Positions 34,825-47,083 are shown, numbered from the stretch's first letter. The stretch: 64,000 bases of DNA from an uncultured Nitrososphaerales archaeon (GCA_963713605.1 CAVQMO010000010.1:192001-256000), one strand, 5' to 3'. Numbers and translations are program-made. Notes: generated by a model not told the origin, from the letters alone.

Positions 34825-36003
34825 CTACCGTAGTAGGACAGGCTGGGCATCAACATGTATGCGGAACAATGCATAAGGCTTTCGACGCAGATCCTGGCCA
34901 TTATGGAAGCGCCCCTGACGATGCAATTGATTTGCCGTAACATAAAGATATCCATTGGTTGCAAGCGAAAGTGTGTCAGGCCATAGGAGCCTAGGATCAT
35001 GGACTATCGTCTTCCATTCTCCTTCTAAAGATCGCTGCAGAATCGCATTGTGCTCATAGTTTGTAGCATAGATATTCCCTGCTGCATCTAATTCGAGTCC
35101 GTCTGATGCTCCACCTTTATCTCCTTCATCGATCACAGTAGCTGTCACCTCTTGGTCTTTGGCTGTCCGATCGACAAGTACATTGGTACTTACACTATAC
35201 AGCTTCCTACTGGCAAGTGCGCAATAGTAAAGACGTGAGCCATCTGCATTAATAGCAATACCATCTGAACCCATAGCAGCAGCTTGTGTCACTGATCCGT
35301 CAGGCTGACTTTTCAAGAATGGTCTTCCCTCAACGATGGGTAGAAAGGTCTGCAAATCTTCGGCTTTCGTAGAGTTATGGTCGTGAAGTCGGCGCCAGCT
35401 TTCTTTCGAAAATAGGTCTACAACTATGATTCCATTTGGTCCGTTTTGAGATGAATCTGTAATAAATGCAATGCCTTCCTTACCAATTCGGAGATCAAAG
35501 CGTACGTCATTGAGGTAGGTAGTAGACAGAGCCACATCAGGTGGAAAGAGAATTTTTTTGATAATATGATTCGTCTTCAGATCAATACAGACCAACTTCG
35601 GTCCACCGTACGAAGGAGGTTGAAACAAAGGACTACCAGTATCGAGAATCCATAGACGATCCGCAGGGTCCACTACAACTGATTGTACAGAAACGAGTGC
35701 TGCTGCTGGATCTTTAGGATCTGCCTGATTTATCTTCTCATCTGGATAGGCTATTATTTCTTTATTACAGATTTCCCCCACTGTAAACTGGACGTTATCA
35801 CCCCACTTAGGAAAGTTAATGAAGATTCGTCCTTGGTGTGAAACAGTGACGCCAGTAGGCATAGCGTCATTAAAATAAGCAATAGGCTCCAATGTACCGA
35901 TTGGTTCCTCAACTGGCAACTCGTTTGGTTTGATGTCTGGTCCAGACGATGATAATGATGATGATGTCAGTCCAGTTCCCTCTCGCGTGTTATCCTTTGG
36001 CAT
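34825..36003 (-). CDS. Major royal jelly/Yellow (L-dopachrome tautomerase-related) beta-propeller protein
   Basis: MPTGVTVS, SVQSVVVD, LWILDTG, YLNDVRFD, GASDG, LLWPDT, ANQLHR. Confidence 0.9.
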   Translation of the reverse strand: MPKDNTREGTGLTSSSLSSSGPDIKPNELPVEEPIGTLEPIAYFNDAMPTGVTVSHQGRIFINFPKWGDNVQFTVGEICNKEIIAYPDEKINQADPKDPAAALVSVQSVVVDPADRLWILDTGSPLFQPPSYGGPKLVCIDLKTNHIIKKILFPPDVALSTTYLNDVRFDLRIGKEGIAFITDSSQNGPNGIIVVDLFSKESWRRLHDHNSTKAEDLQTFLPIVEGRPFLKSQPDGSVTQAAAMGSDGIAINADGSRLYYCALASRKLYSVSTNVLVDRTAKDQEVTATVIDEGDKGGASDGLELDAAGNIYATNYEHNAILQRSLEGEWKTIVHDPRLLWPDTLSLATNGYLYVTANQLHRQGRFHNGQDLRRKPYALFRIHVDAQPVLLR

Positions 36004-36541
36004 ATATTATTACCTATTTAGGAATGTTCCACAAACTATCTAATACTTCCGCTTTCTATTCAAGCTTTATAATAACAGCGTTCTCTGTAACATCAAGCGA
36101 TGGACAGTCTATACCTGCCAATAATATCAATGTTGGCCGCACGGATTTTGTAGTATCAGCATCTTTAGTCGCTACTTACAATGGTACGGCTGTGTATAAC
36201 ACTCCCTGTACAACAAGGCTCAGTCATTTTTTTTATCGCACGAATAATTAATTGATTTATCTTTTATTGGATTCATGTATACTCCTAAGTTAATTGAATT
36301 ATTCTGAAAAGCGTTCTGCGCTCGCAAACACCATAACCTTTAAAATTGACTGACTAATTCCTGAGATTTTGGATAACATATTCATTTTCATTCACTACTG
36401 TAAAATGTATTATATGGTATTATATAGTATTATATGATTATATGATATCTTGGATTTATTCATCTAAAAATTGCCTTAGATGCAAAACACAATAGAACAC
36501 CCAAAGTAGATATATCTGAAATCAGAATAGTTATTGGATTT

Positions 36542-37021
36542 TTATTCTTCCACATCTACCTTAGGTGGATGCTTCTCTAACCACTCATATCCTCTCTTTG
36601 CAAGAAGCTCAAAATTCTCTCTGAACCTTGGGTCGTTCCATTGTTTTCTTATTCCATAGATAATTGGTTTAGCTCGCTCCCATTCCGGTTGCAGTCCTCC
36701 GTATCTATCGTAATAGAGATCTTCAGCAAGAAAACCATATTCGATAAGTAATCCTGCTAGTTCAAACTTTGAGGTGAATCTTTCAAACAATTGAAATTCT
36801 CTACTTCCTTGAGGATACTTGTTCTCGAACTCTTCAATAGTAGAGGGAATTTCATTTTGATGTAATTTGCTCCAGAACCATTGTGATGCCTCAAAATCAT
36901 AGCTCGTGTTATACTGATCTCCTAATCTTAATAATATATCCATATGCTCTATCGTTATTGCCTTTCTACGTTTTCCTAGTATACTCCTTCTTCTTCTTGC
37001 CTTATTCTTCGATTTGGCCAT
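36542..37021 (-). CDS. Hypothetical helical protein (DUF4760-like), paralogue of 61879-62280
   Basis: Shared LLRL...F..KYP..S.E...F...FEL.G.....L.D...W..A.PI..G.RK....ENFE.L pattern. Confidence 0.75.
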   Translation of the reverse strand: MAKSKNKARRRRSILGKRRKAITIEHMDILLRLGDQYNTSYDFEASQWFWSKLHQNEIPSTIEEFENKYPQGSREFQLFERFTSKFELAGLLIEYGFLAEDLYYDRYGGLQPEWERAKPIIYGIRKQWNDPRFRENFELLAKRGYEWLEKHPPKVDVEE

Positions 37022-37524
37022 TCCGTATGATAATAATAGTAATTGGACATAAATATATCTTAGACTATCTTAACGCAAGAGGCATGCAAGTAGTTCAATT
37101 CGATTAAGCTTTAAATCTCTGCTTGTTCTATTCGGTTCTTCTATCCTCTCATGAAATGCTTGATAGTGTTCTCGGTGGCCTGCAGGAGTATCCAATGTAG
37201 CATTGCATTCTGTATACACATATTTTGTAGCCGTGCTAGATACGACTTGTCTCTGATTAGTGTTTAATGAAGGAATTTTATGAAGTCTTCTAGTTGTTTC
37301 TGTTAATTGCTGATTTTCTTTTCGATTCTGAAATTGATAATTATCTCTATAAACAACTTTCCCTTTCCTTCACTCAATTAATAATAGTTTAATAATACCA
37401 GCAATTGAAAAGACTTGATTTGTGGTTGAATCCAAAGATCATTGATACTGCTTCTTCTGAATCAAGCAGTACTTCGGAATATTTTATTGTAATACTGGCA
37501 AGACGCTCTGTTTAACACGCTGGA

Positions 37525-37665
37525 TTAACATGACGCAAAATACTCGGTCTGGTTCATTTTGTGTTTTTTCTTTTCCTTATGTTCATTTGCCTTAGTAGGC
37601 TCATCGAAAACTGCGTTACAATCCTCGCACCAAATAGTGTATTTTTTCTTACTAACTATAGTCAT
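37525..37665 (-). CDS. 46-aa C2H2-like zinc-finger microprotein (below ORF-track cutoff)
   Basis: MTIVSKKKYTIWCEDCNAVFDEPTKANEHKEKKKHKMNQTEYFASC*: C-x2-C-x3-F-x8-H-x5-H. Confidence 0.7.
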   Translation of the reverse strand: MTIVSKKKYTIWCEDCNAVFDEPTKANEHKEKKKHKMNQTEYFASC

Positions 37666-37962
37666 TGCACGGTAAAAATAGATGGAAGCTGTATTTAAAA
37701 TCGTGCGTCTAAAATTTACGCAAATTCAGAATTAGTTCGAACAAGCAGCTATCAGAAATATCAAAATAATTAGCTAGATTCATATCTCTGGAAATGATTC
37801 ATTAAACGTACTGTCTACACCAATTAACTCCATGATCTATAAAGGACCGTGTGCGGGGTAGATCAGATAGTACTGCCCATTCAAATTCAGTTAGAGAATA
37901 TTTGCTAATTCGATTTAATTATTGGCAAGCAAAATCGATTCTACATAATTTGTAAACACGAT

Positions 37963-38550
37963 TCAGTTATCTTCAGGATAAGGTTCTTCAACTACTTTTT
38001 CAATAGGCTCTCCAGTAGGTAATGGCGCATTTCTATCTACCTGATAACGAAAAACCTCGGGAAAGTCTATGTCCAATATCACGTTTCTCCCTACAGCTAT
38101 AATATGTGATTTTGGTATGTCAAATCTTTGGTTTGAATAACCAAATACGACTATCTTGTCAGGCGTTTCTTTTATTACGTATCCAATATCATCTTCATTT
38201 CTTGCTCTAACTCCCTTATTAAAAAGGGAATTGGGATATTTTCCTTCGTACGTAGAAAGATTTACCATACGATCATTTTCAGGCCAAGGATCCTGACGAC
38301 TTGTAGGCAATGGTTCTTTACGGCTAACCTTGTATTTTTTTTCGATCTCAGAAAAGGGAAGCCCTATCAGGACATTAGCACCTACTTGCTTAATTTCAGA
38401 TATCGGTATATCATATCTTTCATTCTTACCTCCAAATACAACTATCTTGTCAGGCGTTTCTCTTACTACGTGGCCTAAATCTGGAGCGTCAAGTGCTTTT
38501 ACTCCTTTATTGAAGTATTTGCCTGAGGTCAATTGTTGTTTTATGTTCAT
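37963..38550 (-). CDS. Two-repeat protein (PRC-barrel-like)
   Basis: FNKGV.A....D.G.V..ETPDKIVVFG..N.R.DIP.S.I..VG.NV occurs twice. Confidence 0.8.
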   Translation of the reverse strand: MNIKQQLTSGKYFNKGVKALDAPDLGHVVRETPDKIVVFGGKNERYDIPISEIKQVGANVLIGLPFSEIEKKYKVSRKEPLPTSRQDPWPENDRMVNLSTYEGKYPNSLFNKGVRARNEDDIGYVIKETPDKIVVFGYSNQRFDIPKSHIIAVGRNVILDIDFPEVFRYQVDRNAPLPTGEPIEKVVEEPYPEDN

Positions 38551-38824
38551 TTCGTTCGAAATAAACCTTTCTTAAATTGTTCTCGTATTGCATTATAAGA
38601 GCATTAATTTAATTCGTCATCAAACCAAATTTTCAGGACTCTTTTAGGGCTTTTTGAGCAGTTACCAACCTACGTTAGTAAGTCGATGCACCGACTTTAG
38701 AAAGATCTATTTTGATAAACAGTAAAGAGGATCTTTAGTTAGTCATACCACTCCAAAATTACATGCCACAGCTGACTCGGTAAATGCAAAACCTTCTTAT
38801 CTTACCACTTACACAAAGAGGCGC

Positions 38825-40648
38825 ATGCAGGAACGAAAACCTGTATTGTTTACCGTAGATGATAATCCACAAGTATTGAAAGCTCTTGAACGTGATTTGA
38901 CCAAGCAATACAGGAATCGTTTTCGTATTGCTCAAGCAGAAGCTGGCCAGAAAGGTCTTGAAATAATAAAACAATTGGAATTGAGCAACGACGTGGTAGC
39001 TTTATTCTTGGCTGATCAAAGAATGCCTCAAATGACTGGAATTGAGTTCCTAGGGGCGACAATGGATATATTCCCTGATGCAAAGCGGGTCTTACTTACA
39101 GATTACGGCGATGCTAATGCCGTCATGAAGTCCATCAACAACAAAGTTAACATCGACTATTACTTGACGAAACCATGGGATCCGCCAGAGGTTCATCTTT
39201 ATCCTCCTTTCAATGATTTGTTGGACGACTGGTGGGCTTCATTCCGATCTCCATTTGAGGGGATTAAGGTCATTGGTTTAAGGTGGTCGCCCCGATCTCA
39301 TGAGATCAGAGAATTTCTGGCCAGAAATGGAGTACCATATCGATGGCTAGACATTGAAAATGCTGAAGAAGCTCGTCGTCTAGTTTCTTTGGTCATGACC
39401 AACGCAAAAAAAAGCCAGTCTCATGTTTCTAATGATAAGTATTTCAACGCTGGGATTTCTTCTACATTAATGGGTGATACCACTAGTGAGAATATTAGTG
39501 ACACTACACCCTCAGATATTACACCTATATCAGAGTCTTTTCATGATATCTCTTCATTACATCTACCAGTAGTAATTTTTCCTGATGGCACATACATGGC
39601 TGAACCAACCAACTCACAGCTTGCAGAAAAAATTGGCCTCAAGACTAGAGCACAGATGGCCTTTTATGATTTGATAATAATAGGTGGAGGTCCATCAGGA
39701 TTGGCAGCAGCAGTATATGGTTCCTCAGAGGGACTGCACACATTATTAGTTGAGAGACAGGCACCAGGAGGTCAGGCAGGGACTAGTTCTAACATAGAAA
39801 ACTATCTTGGTTTTCCTTCAGGTTTGACCGGTTCTAGCCTTGCCAGACGTGCCGTTGCTCAAGCCATTAAGTTTGGTACCGAGATTCTAGATCCACAGGA
39901 AGTTGTCGAGCTACGTATTGATGGTCAGTATAGAATCGCTAAATTAGGAGATGGAACAGAGATTAGATGCCATACAATGATTATTGCTTGTGGTGTAACA
40001 TATCGCATGCTTGATGATGTAAAGGGGATAGACAAGTTGACGGGAGCTGGGGTATATTACGGAGCATCTATGGTAGAGGCGTTAAACTACAAGGGACAAG
40101 ATGTCTATGTAGTTGGGGGAGCCAATTCTGCAGGACAAGCTGCAGTATATTTTGCAAGATATGCAAAACAGGTAACACTCATTGTTCGTAGTGATTCCTT
40201 AGAAAAGAAGATGTCTCAGTATCTAGTACATCAGATAAGCGAAACGAAGAATGTTAGAGTATGGTTGAATTTCGTAGTCACTGAGGTTAAGGGTGAAAAC
40301 AAACTCGAGAGACTCATAGTAACTAATATAAAAACAGGAGAGAAGCGAGATGTTCTAGCATCAGGCCTGTTTATATATATAGGCGCAGAACCCCATACAG
40401 ACTGGCTGAATGGGCTGATCAAACGTGATGTACACGGCTTCATTTTGACTGGCTCAGACTTACAGCAAGACGAACTTAAAAACCAAGGCTTGACGCTTGA
40501 TCGGCAACCTTCTTTGCTCGAAACTAGTATTCCGGGGGTATTCGCTGCTGGGGATGTACGTCATGGTTCGATCAAAAGGATAGCAGCAGGAGTGGGAGAA
40601 GGATCGACAGCTATTCAGTTGATACATCAATATTTAATGAATACTTAA
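38825..40648 (+). CDS. Response regulator-thioredoxin reductase-like fusion
   Basis: REC domain (VDD, ADQRMP, KPW), glutaredoxin-like segment, FAD motif GGGPSG, NAD(P)H motif GGANSAG and GVFAAGD. Confidence 0.92.
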   Translation: MQERKPVLFTVDDNPQVLKALERDLTKQYRNRFRIAQAEAGQKGLEIIKQLELSNDVVALFLADQRMPQMTGIEFLGATMDIFPDAKRVLLTDYGDANAVMKSINNKVNIDYYLTKPWDPPEVHLYPPFNDLLDDWWASFRSPFEGIKVIGLRWSPRSHEIREFLARNGVPYRWLDIENAEEARRLVSLVMTNAKKSQSHVSNDKYFNAGISSTLMGDTTSENISDTTPSDITPISESFHDISSLHLPVVIFPDGTYMAEPTNSQLAEKIGLKTRAQMAFYDLIIIGGGPSGLAAAVYGSSEGLHTLLVERQAPGGQAGTSSNIENYLGFPSGLTGSSLARRAVAQAIKFGTEILDPQEVVELRIDGQYRIAKLGDGTEIRCHTMIIACGVTYRMLDDVKGIDKLTGAGVYYGASMVEALNYKGQDVYVVGGANSAGQAAVYFARYAKQVTLIVRSDSLEKKMSQYLVHQISETKNVRVWLNFVVTEVKGENKLERLIVTNIKTGEKRDVLASGLFIYIGAEPHTDWLNGLIKRDVHGFILTGSDLQQDELKNQGLTLDRQPSLLETSIPGVFAAGDVRHGSIKRIAAGVGEGSTAIQLIHQYLMNT

Positions 40649-41023
40649 TACTATCATGTATTATTTTAAGAGCTGATTATCCTCATAACGGAGCCACAAA
40701 GCTTTTGAACTATATTTAATAAATTTGGCTCTATTAACTAAACGACTGCGAACTCCATGGGAAACATATTTTTAACAATTCTTTAACTCTTCCGTCGTTT
40801 GCCCGCTTCTGCCTATACTTCATCTACCATAACTTTGCAGAGGGTTTGAACTATCTCATCGGATACTTCAGTATAGCGCGGTAGACAAATCTCTAGTGAG
40901 GAAATAGCTGCAGGCATTTCAGTCAGCTTCACAGACATTGGTTGGGGAGGCAATTACAGTGATGGCAAGCAAAGGCAGTGAGATACATATTTTTATAGTT
41001 GCACTATCTTGGCTTATTCAGAA

Positions 41024-41681
41024 TATGAGCAATAATGATGAAAAGCCCACAAAGATACTCATTGTGTTTTATAGCAGATATGGGAATACTGCGAGAATGG
41101 CAGAAGAGATTGCATACGGTGCAAAGGAGCTACCGAATATCAAGGTAACTATAAGAAGAATTGCTGATAATGTTCCGATGGAAGTAATTTCTAAGGATCC
41201 TGCATGGACAAAAATAGCTGAAGATATGAATGACAGATATCCAACCATATCGATAGAAGATGTAGTAAAAGAATTACCCAATAATGATGCAATAATTTTT
41301 GGATCTCCTACTCGCTTTGGAAATATGGCTGCACCCATGAAAAGTATGTGGGATGAAACGACCGAGCTGTGGACAACTGGTTCGCTAATAGGAAAGATCG
41401 GTGCTGTGTTTACTAGCGCCGCATCTGTACATGGAGGGCAAGAGACAACAGCAATCTCTATGATGTTTCCTATGTTTCATCACGGGATGATACTAGTTGG
41501 TGTGCCTTATTCTGTTGGAGAGCTGACGGAGAGTGGTAGTCCTTATGGTCCTAGTAGGATCGTTGGGAGATTAGCGAATCAGGAAATTCAGCAAGCTGAT
41601 ATTAGAGTTGCTAGAGCGTTAGGTAGAAGAGTTTCTGAAGTAACGAAGAAGTTTGTTCTTGGACAACTTCTTAAGTTGTAA
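41024..41681 (+). CDS. wrbA: NAD(P)H:quinone oxidoreductase type IV (flavodoxin-like)
   Basis: YSRYGNT, GSPTRFGNM, HGGQETT, GSPYG. Start taken at MSNND. Confidence 0.93.
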
Positions 41682-41918
41682 CTAATAGTTAGGCGGATAC
41701 GAACGAGCTATTAGTTGTATCAAAAAGTGTTCCCCCTACACTTCTCATGGAGGGGATTTCACCCTTGAAGATCTCATAAGTTAAGGAGGTACTTTAGAAC
41801 CCAAACATCCTTCAACACTAATTACTAATGCATGCAAGTGCCTAAGCAAATATGAAAGTCAGAGAACTGTTCCTCCCTACCATTATTTATTCGAAAAACA
41901 AAAGCCCTAAGAAAATTA

Positions 41919-42446
41919 TTATTTTCCGTAATGTTCTATCTCATCTGCTGCTGGTTTTCTTTTACTCTCTCTGTTTATCACTTCACGAATTTTTTTCCAT
42001 ATTTTTCGCTCAAATTGATAAGCCATAAGCAATCCAACTGTGGTACCACCAACAGCTCCCAGTGGCCCTCCAACAATATAACCAGTGATACCGGGAATCA
42101 AGAGACTCTCGAACCATGAAGTTGATGTTACTTCGACGGCAAAGTCATTCGGATGACCAATGATGGAGACAGATATATCTCTCAGAGCGCCAGCGAGCAC
42201 TGTTAGAGATTTGTTTACTGCTGTAATGCCTCGGAGCGGCATTCCATTCATCTCACCTTTGATCTCGGAAACAATCTTCAGATTTTTTTCTTTGCTAAGT
42301 TCTTCTTTGATGCTATTGTACAAATTATCAATATTAGTATCAAGATTTATAAAATGTTCAATTCTTGCCATATTAACCACTATTGTATAAACTATTGTAT
42401 GATTTTCTGTAATATAAAGAGACTGCTGCATCGACCACATCGGCAA
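41919..42446 (-). CDS. Hypothetical protein with a glycine-zipper membrane segment
   Basis: GITGYIVGGPLGAVGGTTVG. Likely start at MARIEH. Confidence 0.7.
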   Translation of the reverse strand: MPMWSMQQSLYITENHTIVYTIVVNMARIEHFINLDTNIDNLYNSIKEELSKEKNLKIVSEIKGEMNGMPLRGITAVNKSLTVLAGALRDISVSIIGHPNDFAVEVTSTSWFESLLIPGITGYIVGGPLGAVGGTTVGLLMAYQFERKIWKKIREVINRESKRKPAADEIEHYGK

Positions 42447-42667
42447 TATGGGTGTTATTTAGTACTCGCTATCTTCGCTTAGACTTGGCTAGTAATACCA
42501 AGGAGAGAAACCGAAGGTGCACTAGAATGCAATATGAGATAAAGCAAATGAGTTTACAGGAATATATTAAGATAATTGGATTGGCAGACAAACTTTGATG
42601 TATTTATTGATCGTTTACTACAAGCATCACAACAATCTTTAAGTGTAATACTAAACAGAAAAGACTG

Positions 42668-45005
42668 GTGACAAAATATTTCTACAAATAATAGTCGTGA
42701 TAGTTCAGACGGTCAGAATAATGCCTCTCAAAATAACACGGATTTTGGAGAAAGTGCCAAAAAAGATACTAAGGTTACCAGCTTAAAAGTTGCAGAAGCA
42801 GAACAACGCGATGTAGGAAGAAAAATTGCACGTGTGGATCCCAAAGTAGCCGAGAATCTAAATATTACGAGTGGGGACGCGCTGGAACTATCTTCACTTG
42901 GTAAGAAAACGACTGTCCTAAGCTGGCCTGCACGGAGTACCGATAGCGGCAAGGGCTTGATTCGTATTGATGGCTACACACGGAATAGGCTTGACGTTGG
43001 GATGAATGATCAAATTGAAGTTAGAAAAGTTCAATCTAGGGAAGCAAAGAGCATAACCTTTGCCCCCACTGAACCACTGAGAATTGTAGGAGCAGAGGAA
43101 TATCTTGCAGAGTATCTTAATGGACAATTAATGACGAAGGGCGATACAATACCTTTGAGCGTTATGGGTCAAAGAATTGACCTAGTAGTGATTGCTACAA
43201 ATCCATCCGGCCCAGTAATAGTTACTCCATCTACAAAGATTACGGTTTCTGAGGAGAGCGCTAAGGCAGTGCAAGTGTCAAAGGAAGGTGGCGCACCTTC
43301 TATAACGTATGAGGACATAGGAGGGTTGGGAAACGCCGTTGGCCGAGTGAGAGAGATGATTGAGCTTCCTCTAAGGCATCCAGAATTATTCAAGAGACTG
43401 GGAGTAGAAGCGCCCAAGGGCGTTCTCCTTCATGGTCCACCTGGAACTGGAAAGACCTTGTTGGCCAAGGCGGTCGCCAATGAAACAAATGCTAATTTCT
43501 ACACTATAGGCGGTCCAGAAATAATGAGTAAATATTATGGAGAGTCAGAAGAGAGATTACGAAATGTATTCCAGCAGGCTGAAAAGAATGCTCCTTCAAT
43601 TATATTCATAGATGAAATAGATTCGATTGCTCCAAAACGAGCAGAAGTGACAGGAGAAGTCGAGAGGAGAATCGTAGCTCAACTGCTTTCTCTCATGGAT
43701 GGTATGTCAGCAAGGGGAAAAGTAGTAGTTATAGGGGCAACAAACAGAGTTAATGCTGTCGACGAGGCTCTACGGCGTCCAGGCAGGTTTGATCGAGAAA
43801 TAGAAATCGGTGTACCAGATCGAAAGGGCAGGTTAGAAATATTACAGATACATACAAGAGGAATGCCTCTTGCAAAAGATGTAAACCTGGAAAAGCTGGC
43901 CGATGTTTCTCACGGCTATGTTGGAGCGGACCTGCATGCCTTGACAAGGGAAGCAGGACTTGCAGCATTAAGGCGAGTCCTTCCTGAAGTTGATTTATCT
44001 TCTGAAAGCATACCGGCGGAGACATTGAGGAAAATCATTGTTACTATGCAGGATTTCATGGATGTTGTCAGAGAAATGGAACCATCGGCGATGAGGGAAG
44101 TATTCGTAGAGGTCCCTGATGTGAAATGGGATGATATTGGTGGATTATCATCGATTAAACAGGAATTGCAAGAAGCCGTTGAATGGCCCCTCAAATATCA
44201 GGGCATATTTACCTATGCTGACGCCACACCACCAAAAGGAATCTTGCTTTACGGTCCCCCTGGAACAGGTAAAACGTTGATGGCAAAGGCAACAGCCAAT
44301 GAGAGTGAAGCTAATTTCATAAGCATTAAAGGCCCAGAGCTTATTTCAAAATGGGTCGGCGAGTCAGAGAAAGGAGTTCGCGAGGTGTTCCGAAAGGCCA
44401 GGCAAGCTGCTCCATGTGTTATTTTCTTTGATGAAATAGACGCCATCGCCCCCAGACGAGGCGGCGACATCGGGGACTCGCATGTAACTGAGAGATTAAT
44501 AAGCCAACTACTGACAGAATTAGATGGGCTTGAGGTGTTGACTAACGTCATTGTCATTGGTGCTACAAACCGTCCTGACATAATAGATGCTGCCTTACTA
44601 AGACCCGGTAGGTTTGATAGGTTGCTCTATGTCCCCTCACCAGATCGTGATTCACGAATCCAAATAATAAAGATTCATACAAATAAAAAACCTCTAGCAG
44701 ATGATGTCAATATTGAAAAGTTAGCAGATTTTACGGATAGATATACTGGGGCTGATATTTCGTCCTTGTCCTCTGCCGCAGTTATGCTTGCATTACGGGA
44801 ACACGTCTCAAAATATAAGGATCCAAAAGAAGCTGATGCTCATGTGAAGGAACTGAAAATACATATGAAGCATTTTGAGGAGGCAATCAAGAAGATTAGG
44901 CCATTGTCAACCCAAGAACTGAACATGTACAAGGGCATCTCTGAACAATTTGGAAAGCCCAATGTTGGAACACCAGCATCGCCAGAGAATATTGGAACTG
45001 GCTAG
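42668..45005 (+). CDS. cdc48: CDC48/VAT AAA+ ATPase
   Basis: Two AAA modules (GPPGTGKT x2, DEID x2, RPGRFDR x2). The frame is open upstream of 42834 through [17 protein letters not shown], and the GTG at 42668 is out of frame by one base. Confidence 0.96.
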
Positions 45006-45245
45006 CTTATGAGGTTAGGCTTAGAATAACCTTGATCCTTTAACGATGAGGTAGGTCATGGTTCCATCTCAAACCAGTGTTAACAGCTAGAAATTACTCT
45101 TGATACACATCTATTTTTAGTATTTAGTAACGATAACGGTGAAGTACGAGACTCATGATGTTTTCAGATACTATAACTTACTGATCGAAATGAATTTACT
45201 GTTATAACGCTGTAAAAATCATGAAGAAAGACCGAATTAAATGCT

Positions 45246-45300
45246 CATCGTCACCAACACATCGTCACCAGTACATCGTCACCAGTACGCATCGTCACCA
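45246..45300. repeat. Four tandem CATCGTCACCA units
   Basis: Copies at 45246, 45260, 45274 and 45290 with 3-, 3- and 5-bp spacers. Confidence 0.9.
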
Positions 45301-45450
45301 GAACGCCTATAATAAAAATATCTCCCACTTTAGCTCATTATTTTAACAAATATTATCCAGCAATTTTGATCGTAGTACACTCGGATTAAAGGCGTCAGGG
45401 CCTTGGTTATTCGCAAAAAATGTATACCCTGTGTATATAATACTAATAAT

Positions 45451-46872
45451 ATGAGCGAAAATAGCAATCAAAGAAAATCGTTTCGCGTAGAGGTTGACAG
45501 TATGGGCCAGATTAATGTCCCCTCACATAAGTATTGGGGAGCTCAGACTCAACGCGCTTTACAACATTTTCCTGCTGGTAAAGATGTCATGCCGTATGAG
45601 GTTATCTATGGTTTGGCAATTATCAAAAAATGTGCCGCTATTGTAAATTCATTTTATGGAAAAATATCCAAAGAAAAAGCAGATTTTATCATTAACGCAG
45701 CTGATGAAGTGATCTCCGGAAAACTTGATGAGCACTTCCCACTTATGGTATGGCAATCTGGTTCAGGTACTCAATCGAATATGAATGTTAATGAGGTAAT
45801 TGCCAATCGTGCAATTGAAATGGCTGGAGGCATTCTTGGCTCTAAGTCTCCAGTTCACCCAAATGATGATGTAAACATGTCGCAGTCTACTAATGATGTG
45901 TTTACGTCAGCTATGCATATTGCCTCTGCGTTGAAGATTACTAAGAAGCTACTTCCAGCAATTCATAATTTACGGAGTGGGTTGAACGAAAAGTCCAAAA
46001 AATACGAAAAACTTGTGAAGGTTGGCCGCACACATTTGCAAGATGCTGTTCCCATAACACTTGGACAAGAGATATCTGGATGGGTTGCACAGATCGATTT
46101 TGGGTATAGGAAGATTGATGAATCATTGAAGGATTTATACGAGCTTGCCATAGGTGGCACTGCCGTTGGAACTGGTTTAAATTCTCCTGTGGGTTTTGCA
46201 GAAAAGATGGCGGTACAAATTGGTGATGAAACGGACCTTCCATTTATGTCAGCAAAGAATAAGTTTTCACAATTGGCTGCTCATGATGCACTGGTCGAAG
46301 CAAGCAGTGCTTTGAGATTATTTGCATGTTCGATGATGAAGATAGCCAATGATATACGCTGGTTATCCTCTGGGCCTCGATGTGGGCTTGGTGAGTTATA
46401 TATCCCTACTAACGAGCCAGGTTCATCTATGATGCCAGGCAAAGTCAATCCAACCCAGTGTGAGGCAATGATGATGGTATGCTGTCAACTAATTGGAAAT
46501 GACACAGTAATAGCCGTGGCTGACTCACAAGGCAACTTTGAACTTAACACCTTCAAGCCGGTCATAGTTTTTAATATATTAAATTCAATAGATGTACTAA
46601 CGGGTGCATGCGATACATTCTACAAATTCTGTGTGGTTGGCATCAGGCCCAATGTTAAGCGTATTGAAGAGATGGTCTCAAATTCCCTCATGCTAGTTAC
46701 TACTTTGACTCTAAAGATTGGTTATGATAAGGCCGCAGAGATCGCCCAAAAGGCATATTCTGAAGGAACCTCACTAAAGGAAGCTGCACTAAAACTCGGT
46801 TATCTTACTGCCGAAGAATATGATATCATAGTTAAGCCAGAATTAATGGTTCATCCCAATGAGATTCTATAA
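45451..46872 (+). CDS. fumC: Class II fumarate hydratase
   Basis: [28 protein letters not shown], signature [15 protein letters not shown]. Confidence 0.97.
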   Translation: MSENSNQRKSFRVEVDSMGQINVPSHKYWGAQTQRALQHFPAGKDVMPYEVIYGLAIIKKCAAIVNSFYGKISKEKADFIINAADEVISGKLDEHFPLMVWQSGSGTQSNMNVNEVIANRAIEMAGGILGSKSPVHPNDDVNMSQSTNDVFTSAMHIASALKITKKLLPAIHNLRSGLNEKSKKYEKLVKVGRTHLQDAVPITLGQEISGWVAQIDFGYRKIDESLKDLYELAIGGTAVGTGLNSPVGFAEKMAVQIGDETDLPFMSAKNKFSQLAAHDALVEASSALRLFACSMMKIANDIRWLSSGPRCGLGELYIPTNEPGSSMMPGKVNPTQCEAMMMVCCQLIGNDTVIAVADSQGNFELNTFKPVIVFNILNSIDVLTGACDTFYKFCVVGIRPNVKRIEEMVSNSLMLVTTLTLKIGYDKAAEIAQKAYSEGTSLKEAALKLGYLTAEEYDIIVKPELMVHPNEIL

Positions 46873-46988
46873 CTGCAACATAAGCATGAACGCCCGTACA
46901 ATATTTCTTTTTGCTTACTATAGTGGTACAGAAGATAAGGTCAATGGTTTTAGCCGACATTTATCAGAACACGAGTTGTTGTCCTGGT

Positions 46989-47083
46989 CTCTGTAGATTG
47001 CGGATGATTTGATATTTTTCAAATAACCTTACCCAAGACCTTATAATATTCACGTTCATATTCGAATGCCTTTATCTCTTCCC
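46989..47083. repeat. 95-bp direct repeat, copy 1 (cyclase 3' end and downstream)
   Basis: Matches 53282-53376 with 4 mismatches. Confidence 0.95.

Noticed and set aside
36410..36447. ATTATAT(G/A) short tandem repeat
   Set aside because: Low-complexity AT-rich intergenic sequence with no evidence of function.
45246..45300. Possible CRISPR array
   Set aside because: The 11-bp units and 3-5-bp spacers are far too short.
42728..46243. Antisense ORFs within cdc48 and fumC (and similar shadows over the patatins, msrA and TrxR)
   Set aside because: These are shadow frames of well-supported genes with no motifs of their own.
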